A stretch of 64,000 nucleotides of DNA from Auanema rhodensis (Eukaryota > Animalia > Nematoda). The translations under genes were made by a program, and so were the position numbers. Positions 15,001 through 27,204 of this stretch are shown here, piece after piece. Position 1 is the first letter of the stretch. Every line of letters begins with the position of its first letter. The DNA lies in contig OZ059896.1 in the NCBI GenBank assembly GCA_964057225.1, forward strand, positions 2,852,001 to 2,916,000, in the 5' to 3' direction. The notes beneath the pieces are model-generated. The model saw only the letters and a program-made list of their open reading frames with translations. It was not told the origin of the DNA and did not search any database.

Positions 15001-18000
15001 AGCGAGTTACATACCAAGTGCACATCACGTGTACATTTAATTAGCATAAATTAAAGTTCACGTAAATTTCAAAGTCATGGTTACCATGAACCAATATCAA
15101 TAAAAATTTGTTTGTGAACTAATATGGACATGGGGAATCTAATTTTGGAAACCGCATCTCTTCATCTTTCACGTGAAGCGAGTTACATACCAAGTGCACA
15201 TCACGTGTACATTTAATTAGCATAAATTAAAGTTCACGTAAATTTCAAAGTCACGGTTACCATGAACCAATATCAATAAAAATTTGTTTTTAGACTAATA
15301 TGGACATGGGGAATCTAATTTTGAAAACCGCATCTCTTCATCTTTCACGTGAAGCGAGTTACATACCAAGTGCACATCACGTGTACATTTAATTAGCATA
15401 AATTAAAGTTCACGTAAATTTCAAAGTCATGGTTACCATGAACCAATGTCAATAAAAATTTGTTTTTAGACTAATATGGACATGGGGAATCTAATTTTGA
15501 AAACCGCATCTCTTTATTTTTCACGTGAAGCGAGTTACATACCAAGTGCACATCACGTGTACTTTTAATTAGCATAAATTAAAGTTCACGTAAATTTCAA
15601 AGTCATGGTTACCATGAACCAATATCAATAAAAATTTGTTTTTAGACTAATATGGACATGGGGAATCTAATTTCGAAAACCGCATCTATTTATCTTTCAC
15701 GTGAAGCGAGTTACATACCAAGTGCACATCACGTGTACAATTAATTAGCATAAATTAAAGTTCACGTAAATTTCAAAGTCATGGTTACCATGCACCAATA
15801 TCAATAAAAATTTGTTTTTAGACTAATATGGACATGGGGAATCTAATTTTGAAAACCGCATCTCTTTATCTCTCACGTGAAGCGAGTTACATACCAAGGG
15901 CACATCACGTGTACATTTAATTAGCATTAATTAAAGTTCACGTAAATTTCAAAGTCATGGTTACCATGAACCAATATCAATAAAAATTTGTTTGTGAACT
16001 AATATGGACATGGGGAATCTAATTTTGAAAACCGCATCTCTTCATCTTTCACGTGAAGCGAGTTACATACCAAGTGCACATCACGTGTACATTTAATTAG
16101 CATAAATTAAAGTTCACGTAAATTTCAAAGTCATGGTTACCATGAACCAATATCAATAAAAATTTGTTTTTAGACTAATTTGGACATGGGGAATCTAATT
16201 TTGAAAACCGCATCTCTTTATCTTTCACGTGAAGCGAGTTACATACCAAGTGCACATCACGTGTACATTTAATTAGCATAAATTAAAGTTCACGTAAATT
16301 TCAAAGTCATGGTTACCATGAACCAATGTCAATAAAAATTTGTTTTTAGACTAATATGGACATGGGGAATCTAATTTTGAAAACCGCATCTCTTTATTTT
16401 TCACGTGAAGCGAGTTACATACCAAGTGCACATCACGTGTACATTTAATTAGCATAAATTAAAGTTCACGTAAATTTCAAAGTCATGGTTACCATGAACC
16501 AATATCAATAAAAATTTGTTTTTAGACTAATTTGGACATGGGGAATCTAATTTTGAAAACCGCATCTATTTATCTTTCACGTGAAGCGAGTTACATACCA
16601 AGTGCACATCACGTGTACATTTAATTAGCATAAATTAAAGTTCACGTAAATTTCAAAGTCATGGTTACCATGAACCAATATCAATAAAAATTTTTTTTTA
16701 GACTAATTTGGACATGGGGAATTTAATTTTGAAAACCGCATCTATTTATCTTTCACGTGAAGCGAGTTACATACCAAGTGCACATCACGTGTACATTTAA
16801 TTAGCATAAATTAAAGTTCACGTAAATTTCAAAGTCATGGTGACCATGAACCAATATCAATAAAAATTTGTTTTTAGACTAATATGGACATGGGGAATCT
16901 AATTTTGAAAACGGCATCTCTTTATCTTTCACGTGAAGCGAGTTACATACCAAGTGCACATCACGTGTACATTTAATTAGCATAAATTAAAGTTCACGTA
17001 AATTTCAAAGTCATGGTTACCATGAACCAATATCAATAAAAATTTGTTTTTAGACTAATATGGACATGGGGAATCTAATTTTGAAAACCGCATCTCTTTA
17101 TATTTCACATGAAGCGAGTTACATACCAAGTGCACATCACGTGTACATTAAATTAGCATAAATTAAAGTTCACGTAAATTTCAAAGTCATGGTTACCATG
17201 AACCAATATCAATAAAAATTTGTTTTTAGACTAATTTGGACATGGGGAATCTAATTTTGAAAACCGCATCTCTTCATCTTTCACGTGAAGCGAGTTACAT
17301 ACCAAGTGCACATCACGTGTACATTTAATTAGCATAAATTAAAGTTCACGTAAATTTCAAAGTCATGGTTACCATGAACCAATGTCAATAAAAATTTGTT
17401 TTTAGACTAATATGGACATGGGGAATCTAATTTTGAAAACCGCATCTCTTCATCTTTCACATGAAGCGAGTTACATACCAAGTGCACATCACGTGTACAT
17501 TAAATTAGCATAAATTAAAGTTCACGTAAATTTCAAAGTCATGGTTACCATGAACCAATATCAATAAAAATTTGTTTTTAGACTAATTTGGACATGGGGA
17601 ATCTAATTTTGAAAACCGCATCTCTTCATCTTTCACGTGAAGCGAGTTACATACCAAGTGCACATCACGTGTACATTTAATTAGCATAAATTAAAGTTCA
17701 CGTAAATTTCAAAGTCATGGTGACCATGAACCAATATCAATAAAAATTTGTTTTTAGACTAATATGGACATGGGGAATCTAATTTTGAAAACCGCATCTC
17801 TTTATCTTTCACGTGAAGCGAGTTACATACCAAGTGCACATCACGTGTACATTAAATTAGCATAAATTAAAGTTCACGTAAATTTCAAAGTCATGGTTAC
17901 CATGAACCAATATCAATAAAAATTTGTTTTTAGACTAATATGGACATGGGGAATCTAATTTCGAAAACCGCATCTATTCATCTTTCACGTGAAGCGAGTT

Positions 18001-21000
18001 ACATACCAAGTGCACATCACGTGTACATTTAATTAGCATAAATTAAAGTTCACGTAAATTTCAAACTCATGGTTACCATGAACCAATGTCAATAAAAATT
18101 TGTTTTTAGACTAATATGGACATGGGGAATCTAATTTTGGAAACCGCATCTCTTCATCTTTCACGTGAAGCGAGTTACATACCAAGTGCACATCACGTGT
18201 ACATTTAATTAGCATAAATTAAAGTTCACGTAAATTTCAAAGTCATGGTTACCATGCACCAATATCAATAAAAATTTGTTTTTAGACTAATATGGACATG
18301 GGGAATCTAACTTTGAAAACCGCATCTCTTTATCTCTCACGTGAAGCGAGTTACATACCAAGTGCACATCACGTGTACATTTAATTAGCATAAATTAAAG
18401 TTCACGTAAATTTCAAAGTCATGGTTACCATGAACCAATATCAATAAAAATTTTTTTTTAGACTAATTTGGACATGGGGAATTTAATTTTGAAAACCGCA
18501 TCTATTTATCTTTCACGTGAAGCGAGTTACATACCAAGTGCACATCACGTGTACATTTAATTAGCATAAATTAAAGTTCACGTAAATTTCAAAGTCATGG
18601 TGACCATGAACCAATATCAATAAAAATTTGTTTTTAGACTAATATGGACATGGGGAATCTAATTTTGAAAACCGCATCTCTTTATCTTTCACGTGAAGCG
18701 AGTTACATACCAAGTGCACATCACGTGTACATTTAATTAGCATAAATTAAAGTTCACGTAAATTTCAAAGTCATGGTTACCATGAACCAATATCAATAAA
18801 AATTTGTTTTTAGACTAATTTGGACATGGGGAATCTAATTTTGAAAACCGCATCTATTTATCTTTCACGTGAAGCGAGTTACATACCAAGTGCACATCAC
18901 GTGTACATTTAATTAGCATAAATTAAAGTTCACGTAAATTTCAAAGTCATGGTTACCATGAACCAATATCAATAAAAATTTTTTTTAGACTAATTTGGAC
19001 ATGGGGAATTTAATTTTGAAAACCGCATCTATTTATCTTTCACGTGAAGCGAGTTACATACCAAGTGCACATCACGTGTACATTTAATTAGCATAAATTA
19101 AAGTTCACGTAAATTTCAAAGTCATGGTGACCATGAACCAATATCAATAAAAATTTGTTTTTAGACTAATATGGACATGGGGAATCTAATTTTGAAAACC
19201 GCATCTCTTTATCTTTCACGTGAAGCGAGTTACATACCAAGTGCACATCACGTGTACATTAAATTAGCATAAATTAAAGTTCACGTAAATTTCAAAGTCA
19301 TGGTTACCATGAACCAATATCAATAAAAATTTGTTTTTAGACTAATATGGACATGGGGAATCTAATTTCGAAAACCGCATCTATTCATCTTTCACGTGAA
19401 GCGAGTTACATACCAAGTGCACATCACGTGTACATTTAATTAGCATAAATTAAAGTTCACGTAAATTTCAAAGTCATGGTTACCATGAACCAATATCAAT
19501 AAAAATTTGTTTGTGAACTAATATGGACATGGGGAATTTAATTTTGAAAACCGCATCTATTTATCTTTCACGTGAAGCGAGTTACATACCAAGTGCACAT
19601 CACGTGTACATTTAATTAGCATAAATTAAAGTTCACGTAAATTTCAAAGTCATGGTGACCATGAACCAATATCAATAAAAATTTGTTTTTAGACTAATAT
19701 GGACATGGGGAATCTAATTTTGAAAACCGCATCTCTTTATCTTTCACGTGAAGCGAGTTACATACCAAGTGCACATCACGTGTACATTAAATTAGCATAA
19801 ATTAAAGTTCACGTAAATTTCAAAGTCATGGTTACCATGAACCAATATCAATAAAAATTTGTTTTTAGACTAATATGGACATGGGGAATCTAATTTCGAA
19901 AACCGCATCTATTCATCTTTCACGTGAAGCGAGTTACATACCAAGTGCACATCACGTGTACATTTAATTAGCATAAATTAAAGTTCACGTAAATTTCAAA
20001 GTCATGGTTACCATGAACCAATATCAATAAAAATTTGTTTGTGAACTAATATGGACATGGGGAATCTAATTTTGGAAACCGCATCTCTTCATCTTTCACG
20101 TGAAGCGAGTTACATACCAAGTGCACATCACGTGTACAATTAATTAGCATAAATTAAAGTTCACGTAAATTTCAAAGTCATGGTTACCATGAACCAATAT
20201 CAATAAAAATTTGTTTTTAGACTAATATGGACATGGGGAATCTAATTTCGAAAACCGCATCTATTCATCTTTCACGTGAAGCGAGTTACATACCAAGTGC
20301 ACATCACGTGTACATTTAATTAGCATAAATTAAAGTTCACGTAAATTTCAAACTCATGGTTACCATGAACCAATGTCAATAAAAATTTGTTTTTAGACTA
20401 ATATGGACATGGGGAATCTAATTTTGGAAACCGCATCTCTTCATCTTTCACGTGAAGCGAGTTACATACCAAGTGCACATCACGTGTACAATTAATTAGC
20501 ATAAATTAAAGTTCACGTAAATTTCAAAGTCATGGTTACCATGCACCAATATCAATAAAAATTTGTTTTTAGACTAATATGGACATGGGGAATCTAACTT
20601 TGAAAACCGCATCTCTTTATCTCTCACGTGAAGCGAGTTACATACCAAGTGCACATCACGTGTACATTTAATTAGCATAAATTAAAGTTCACGTAAATTT
20701 CAAAGTCATGGTTACCATGAACCAATATCAATAAAAATTTGTTTTTAGACTAATTTGGACATGGGGAATTTAATTTTGAAAACCGCATCTATTTATCTTT
20801 CACGTGAAGCGAGTTACATACCAAGTGCACATCACGTGTACATTTAATTAGCATAAATTAAAGTTCACGTAAATTTCAAAGTCATGGTTACCATGAACCA
20901 ATATCAATAAAAATTTGTTTGTGAACTAATATGGACATGGGGAATCTAATTTTGGAAACCGCATCTCTTCATCTTTCACGTGAAGCGAGTTACATACCAA

Positions 21001-24000
21001 GTGCACATCACGTGTACAATTAATTAGCATAAATTAAAGTTCACGTAAATTTCAAAGTCATGGTTACCATGCACCAATATCAATAAAAATTTGTTTTTAG
21101 ACTAATATGGACATGGGGAATCTAACTTTGAAAACCGCATCTCTTTATCTCTCACGTGAAGCGAGTTACATACCAAGTGCACATCACGTGTACATTTAAT
21201 TAGCATAAATTAAAGTTCACGTAAATTTCAAAGTCATGGTTACCATGAACCAATATCAATAAAAATTTTTTTTTAGACTAATTTGGACATGGGGAATTTA
21301 ATTTTGAAAACCGCATCTATTTATCTTTCACGTGAAGCGAGTTACATACCAAGTGCACATCACGTGTACATTTAATTAGCATAAATTAAAGTTCACGTAA
21401 ATTTCAAAGTCATGGTGACCATGAACCAATATCAATAAAAATTTGTTTTTAGACTAATATGGACATGGGGAATCTAATTTTGAAAACCGCATCTCTTTAT
21501 CTTTCACGTGAAGCGAGTTACATACCAAGTGCACATCACGTGTACATTTAATTAGCATAAATTAAAGTTCACGTAAATTTCAAAGTCATGGTTACCATGA
21601 ACCAATATCAATAAAAATTTGTTTTTAGACTAATTTGGACATGGGGAATCTAATTTTGAAAACCGCATCTATTTATCTTTCACGTGAAGCGAGTTACATA
21701 CCAAGTGCACATCACGTGTACATTTAATTAGCATAAATTAAAGTTCACGTAAATTTCAAAGTCATGGTTACCATGAACCAATATCAATAAAAATTTTTTT
21801 TAGACTAATTTGGACATGGGGAATTTAATTTTGAAAACCGCATCTATTTATCTTTCACGTGAAGCGAGTTACATACCAAGTGCACATCACGTGTACATTT
21901 AATTAGCATAAATTAAAGTTCACGTAAATTTCAAAGTCATGGTGACCATGAACCAATATCAATAAAAATTTGTTTTTAGACTAATATGGACATGGGGAAT
22001 CTAATTTTGAAAACCGCATCTCTTTATCTTTCACGTGAAGCGAGTTACATACCAAGTGCACATCACGTGTACATTTAATTAGCATAAATTAAAGTTCACG
22101 TAAATTTCAAAGTCATGGTTACCATGAACCAATATCAATAAAAATTTGTTTTTAGACTAATATGGACATGGGGAATCTAATTTTGAAAACCGCATCTCTT
22201 TATCTTTCACGTGAAGCGAGTTACATACCAAGTGCACATCACGTGTACATTAAATTAGCATAAATTAAAGTTCACGTAAATTTCAAAGTCATGGTTACCA
22301 TGAACCAATATCAATAAAAATTTGTTTTTAGACTAATTTGGACATGGGGAATCTAATTTTGAAAACCGCATCTCTTCATCTTTCACGTGAAGCGAGTTAC
22401 ATACCAAGTGCACATCACGTGTACATTTAATTAGCATAAATTAAAGTTCACGTAAATTTCAAAGTCATGGTTACCATGAACCAATATCAATAAAAATTTG
22501 TTTTTAGACTAATATGGACATGGGGAATCTAATTTTGAAAACCGCATCTCTTTATCTTTCACGTGAAGCGAGTTACATACCAAGTGCACATCACGTGTAC
22601 ATTAAATTAGCATAAATTAAAGTTCACGTAAATTTCAAAGTCATGGTTACCATGAACCAATATCAATAAAAATTTGTTTTTAGACTAATTTGGACATGGG
22701 GAATCTAATTTTGAAAACCGCATCTCTTCATCTTTCACGTGAAGCGAGTTACATACCAAGTGCACATCACGTGTACATTTAATTAGCATAAATTAAAGTT
22801 CACGTAAATTTCAAAGTCATGGTTACCATGAACCAATGTCAATAAAAATTTGTTTTTAGACTAATATGGACATGGGGAATCTAATTTTGAAAACCGCATC
22901 TCTTCATCTTTCACATGAAGCGAGTTACATACCAAGTGCACATCACGTGTACATTAAATTAGCATAAATTAAAGTTCACGTAAATTTCAAAGTCATGGTT
23001 ACCATGAACCAATATCAATAAAATTTTGTTTTTAGACTAATATGGATATGGGGAATCTAATTTTGAAAACCGCATCTCTTTATTTTTCACGTGAAGCGAG
23101 TTACATACCAAGTGCACATCACGTGTACATTTAATTAGCATAAATTAAAGTTCACGTAAATTTCAAACTCATGGTTACCATGAACCAATGTCAATAAAAA
23201 TTTGTTTTTAGACTAATATGGACATGGGGAATCTAATTTTGAAAACCGCATCTCTTTATCTTTCACGTGAAGCGAGTTACATACCAAGTGCACATCACGT
23301 GTACATTAAATTAGCATAAATTAAAGTTCACGTAAATTTCAAAGTCATGGTTACCATGAACCAATATCAATAAAAATTTGTTTTTAGACTAATATGGACA
23401 TGGGGAATCTAATTTCGAAAACCGCATCTATTCATCTTTCACGTGAAGCGAGTTACATACCAAGTGCACATCACGTGTACATTTAATTAGCATAAATTAA
23501 AGTTCACGTAAATTTCAAAGTCATGGTTACCATGAACCAATATCAATAAAAATTTGTTTGTGAACTAATATGGACATGGGGAATCTAATTTTGGAAACCG
23601 CATCTCTTCATCTTTCACGTGAAGCGAGTTACATACCAAGTGCACATCACGTGTACAATTAATTAGCATAAATTAAAGTTCACGTAAATTTCAAAGTCAT
23701 GGTTACCATGCACCAATATCAATAAAAATTTGCTTTTAGACTAATATGGACATGGGGAATCTAACTTTGAAAACCGCATCTCTTTATCTCTCACGTGAAG
23801 CGAGTTACATACCAAGGGCACATCACGTGTACATTTAATTAGCATAAATTAAAGTTCACGTAAATTTCAAAGTCATGGTTACCATGCACCAATATCAATA
23901 AAAATTTGTTTTTAGACTAATATGGACATGGGGAATCTAATTTTGAAAACCGCATCTCTTTATCTTTCACGTGAAGCGAGTTACATACCAAGTGCACATC

Positions 24001-26138
24001 ACGTGTACATTTAATTAGCATTAATTAAAGTTCACGTAAATTTCAAAGTCATGGTTACCATGAACCAATGTCAATAAAAATTTGTTTTTAGACTAATATG
24101 GACATGGGGAATCTAATTTTGAAAACCGCATCTCTTTATTTTTCACGTGAAGCGAGTTACATACCAAGTGCACATCACGTGTACATTTAATTAGCATAAA
24201 TTAAAGTTCACGTAAATTTCAAAGTCATGGTTACCATGAACCAATATCAATAAAAATTTGTTTTTAGACTAATATGGACATGGGGAATCTAATTTCGAAA
24301 ACCGCATCTATTTATCTTTCACGTGAAGCGAGTTACATACCAAGTGCACATCACGTGTACAATTAATTAGCATAAATTGAAGTTCACGTAAATTTCAAAG
24401 TCATGGTTACCATGAACCAATGTCAATAAAAATTTGTTTTTAGACTAATATGGACATGGGGAATCTAATTTTGAAAACCGCATCTCTTTATTTTTCACGT
24501 GAAGCGAGTTACATACCAAGTGCACATTACGTGTACATTTAATTAGCATAAATTAAAGTTCACGTAAATTTCAAAGTCATGGTTACCATGAACCAATATC
24601 AATAAAAATTTGTTTTTAGACTAATTTGGACATGGGGAATCTAATTTTGAAAACCGCATCTATTTATCTTTCACGTGAAGCGAGTTACATACCAAGTGCA
24701 CATCACGTGTACATTTAATTAGCATAAATTAAAGTTCACGTAAATTTCAAAGTCATGGTTACCATGAACCAATATCAATAAAAATTTTTTTTTAGACTAA
24801 TTTGGACATGGGGAATTTAATTTTGAAAACCGCATCTATTTATCTTTCACGTGAAGCGAGTTACATACCAAGTGCACATCACGTGTACATTTAATTAGCA
24901 TAAATTAAAGTTCACGTAAATTTCAAAGTCATGGTGACCATGAACCAATATCAATAAAAATTTGTTTTTAGACTAATATGGACATGGGGAATCTAATTTT
25001 GAAAACCGCATCTCTTTATCTTTCACGTGAAGCGAGTTACATACCAAGTGCACATCACGTGTACATTTAATTAGCATAAATTAAAGTTCACGTAAATTTC
25101 AAAGTCATGGTTACCATGAACCAATATCAATAAAAATTTGTTTTTAGACTAATTTGGACATGGGGAATCTAATTTTGAAAACCGCATCTATTTATCTTTC
25201 ACGTGAAGCGAGTTACATACCAAGAGCACATCACGTGTACATTTAATTAGCATAAATTAAAGTTCACGTAAATTTCAAAGTCATGGTTACCATGAACCAA
25301 TATCAATAAAAATTTTTTTTAGACTAATTTGGACATGGGGAATTTAATTTTGAAAACCGCATCTATTTATCTTTCACGTGAAGCGAGTTACATACCAAGT
25401 GCACATCACGTGTACATTTAATTAGCATAAATTAAAGTTCACATAAATTTCAAAGTCATGGTGACCATGAACCAATATCAATAAAAATTTGTTTTTAGAC
25501 TAATATGGACATGGGGAATCTAATTTTGAAAACCGCATCTCTTTATCTTTCACGTGAAGCGAGTTACATACCAAGTGCACATCACGTGTACATTTAATTA
25601 GCATAAATTAAAGTTCACGTAAATTTCAAAGTCATGGTTACCATGAACCAATATCAATAAAAATTTGTTTTTAGACTAATATGGACATGGGGAATCTAAT
25701 TTTGAAAACCGCATCTCTTTATCTTTCACGTGAAGCGAGTTACATACCAAGTGCACATCACGTGTACATTAAATTAGCATAAATTAAAGTTCACGTAAAT
25801 TTCAAAGTCATGGTTACCATGAACCAATATCAATAAAAATTTGTTTTTAGACTAATTTGGACATGGGGAATCTAATTTTGAAAACCGCATCTCTTCATCT
25901 TTCACGTGAAGCGAGTTACATACCAAGTGCACATCACGTGTACATTTAATTAGCATAAATTAAAGTTCACGTAAATTTCAAAGTCATGGTTACCATGAAC
26001 CAATGTCAATAAAAATTTGTTTTTAGACTAATATGGACATGGGGAATCTAATTTTGAAAACCGCATCTCTTCATCTTTCACATGAAGCGAGTTACATACC
26101 AAGTGCACATCACGTGTACATTAAATTAGCATAAATTA
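1..26138. repeat. Tandem satellite array, 176-bp monomer (Sat176), left segment; runs off the window start
   Basis: GGAATCTAAT recurs at 1, 177, ... 2641 (2640 = 15x176). Consensus GGAATCTAATTTYGAAAACCGCATCTMTTTATCTTTCACGTGAAGCGAGTTACATACCAAGTGCACATCACGTGTACATTTAATTAGCATAAATTAAAGTTCACGTAAATTTCAAAGTCATGGTTACCATGAACCAATATCAATAAAAATTTGTTTTTAGACTAATWTGGACATGG, about 32% GC by hand count. Monomers differ by only a few substitutions, with occasional 175-bp copies. Confidence 0.99.
7000..17600. repeat. Higher-order duplication in Sat176 with about 6862-bp (39-monomer) offset; ends approximate
   Basis: Rare variants recur at a fixed offset: TTTTACGTG 7781/14643, TCACGGTTAC 8391/15253, AAAACGGCATC 10049/16912. 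Confidence 0.88.
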
Positions 26139-26682
26139 GTCAAGGTTTATTGTTCTTTATCACAGGTTGTAACATTAGTGGTTTTTAAGAGAAGAAGTAT
26201 GAAAAAAGATCCTTACAATACGAACATAATTATAAAAATTAAAAAATGAATAAGCAATAAATGTGCAAAGTTGAAAAGAGTTATTGAATCAATTTTGTCT
26301 TTTAAGATACATACTTTTAGCTAGTCTCTCTATGTATTATGAAATGTTAACCCATTCTCAAAAAAACAGGGGAGTTGTTCAAATCAGATAAGTGATCTGA
26401 CCTCTTTTTTTACGTTTACCAGGTGCGGTGGAACTTATAATAAAGTCGAGCCCGTTCTGGTAAGAAGAGGTAACTGTCACCTGGTTCGTATGGCTAATGC
26501 CTATAGAAACTATGGTGAAGTAACAGTGTAGCAAAGACGGAAGCGAGGATGTGGTTGGAACAAAACAGTGACACATAAAGTAACTTAGCTTTAAAAAGTT
26601 ATAAAAAAACATATTGAGACAATAATTCAAAAAAAAAAATAGGACGCTAGACAAATATAGTACAAAAATGAGAAAAATAAAT
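26139..26682 (-). other. LINE 3' UTR (544 nt) with a structured core at about 26384-26490
   Basis: Lies between the ORF2 stop and the 3' junction, and contains several complementary segments (see findings). Confidence 0.75.
26146..26151 (-). promoter_or_regulatory. AATAAA polyadenylation-like signal 7 nt from the LINE 3' terminus
   Basis: The plus strand reads TTTATT at 26146-26151. On the minus strand it is followed by CCTTGAC and then satellite sequence. Confidence 0.55.
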
Positions 26683-27204
26683 TTAATGATTCTTAAGAAA
26701 AACTTGAAGATGTTTACGGAAGTTGACAGCTTTTTCAAGATTGACAATGTTCTCTGGTATTGAGTTCCAAGTGTCTATGCCTCTGTATTCAATACCTCTT
26801 CTGGTCTGAGTTTTCCGGAGGTTGGGATGCTCAACACTCCATTCATGTCGCCTCATGAAGTGTGTGTACTTTTTGAGCTTGAGAATATCCAAGCTATTAT
26901 CTGAAGTAGGCGACTTTATTTGGTTAAAATAAAAAATCAAATCAAAAACGAGTCTTCTGAAAAATAACTTTTGACCTCCTAATAAAGAAAGTTGATTTTC
27001 ATAGTTTATTTTAGATCCAGAGCGCATGAAAACTGCGCGCAAAAACTTTTTCTGGACGTATTCGATCTGGTCCTTGTCTTTAGAATCCTGTGGTGACCAA
27101 ATAATGGTAGCATATTCTAGAATCGGTCGTATATAAGTGCAAAAAAGATTATACATTAGAAAAGGTGATTTGGAGTAAAAACAACGTAAAATTATTCGAC
27201 ATTT
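26683..27204 (-). pseudogene. C-terminal fragment of LINE ORF2 (region after the reverse transcriptase core), truncated at the 5' insertion junction
   Basis: Motifs YIRPILEYATIIWSP...IEYVQKKFLR...RRL.FDLIFYF...DTWNSIPENIV...F.K.L resemble the CR1/L2 ORF2 tail (RPILEY...WSP, VQKR, WNSLP). The frame stays open upstream of the ORF-track Met (27156) right to the junction as KCRIILRCFYSKSPFL, so that Met is internal. Stop TAA at 26683-26685. Confidence 0.88.

Larger units (their letters stand above)
26139..27204 (-). mobile_element. 5'-truncated non-LTR retrotransposon (CR1/L2-like LINE), 1066 bp, inserted in Sat176
   Basis: Non-satellite sequence splits one monomer between ATAAATTA (ends 26138) and AAGTTCAC (starts 27205). 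It encodes a CR1/L2-type ORF2 C-terminus, and its minus-strand 3' end reads ...AACAATAAACCTTGAC. Confidence 0.92.

Noticed and set aside
26543-26549. UCCUCGC on the minus strand resembling the HDV ribozyme L3 loop; GAAAC at about 26506 resembling a hammerhead core
   Set aside because: No flanking P3/P1 stems for an HDV fold, and no CUGANGA partner for a hammerhead.
26379-26747. 122-aa minus-strand ORF
   Set aside because: It overlaps the ORF2 end and 3' UTR of the LINE. The F/L/I-rich stretch reflects T-rich sequence, and there is no recognisable domain.
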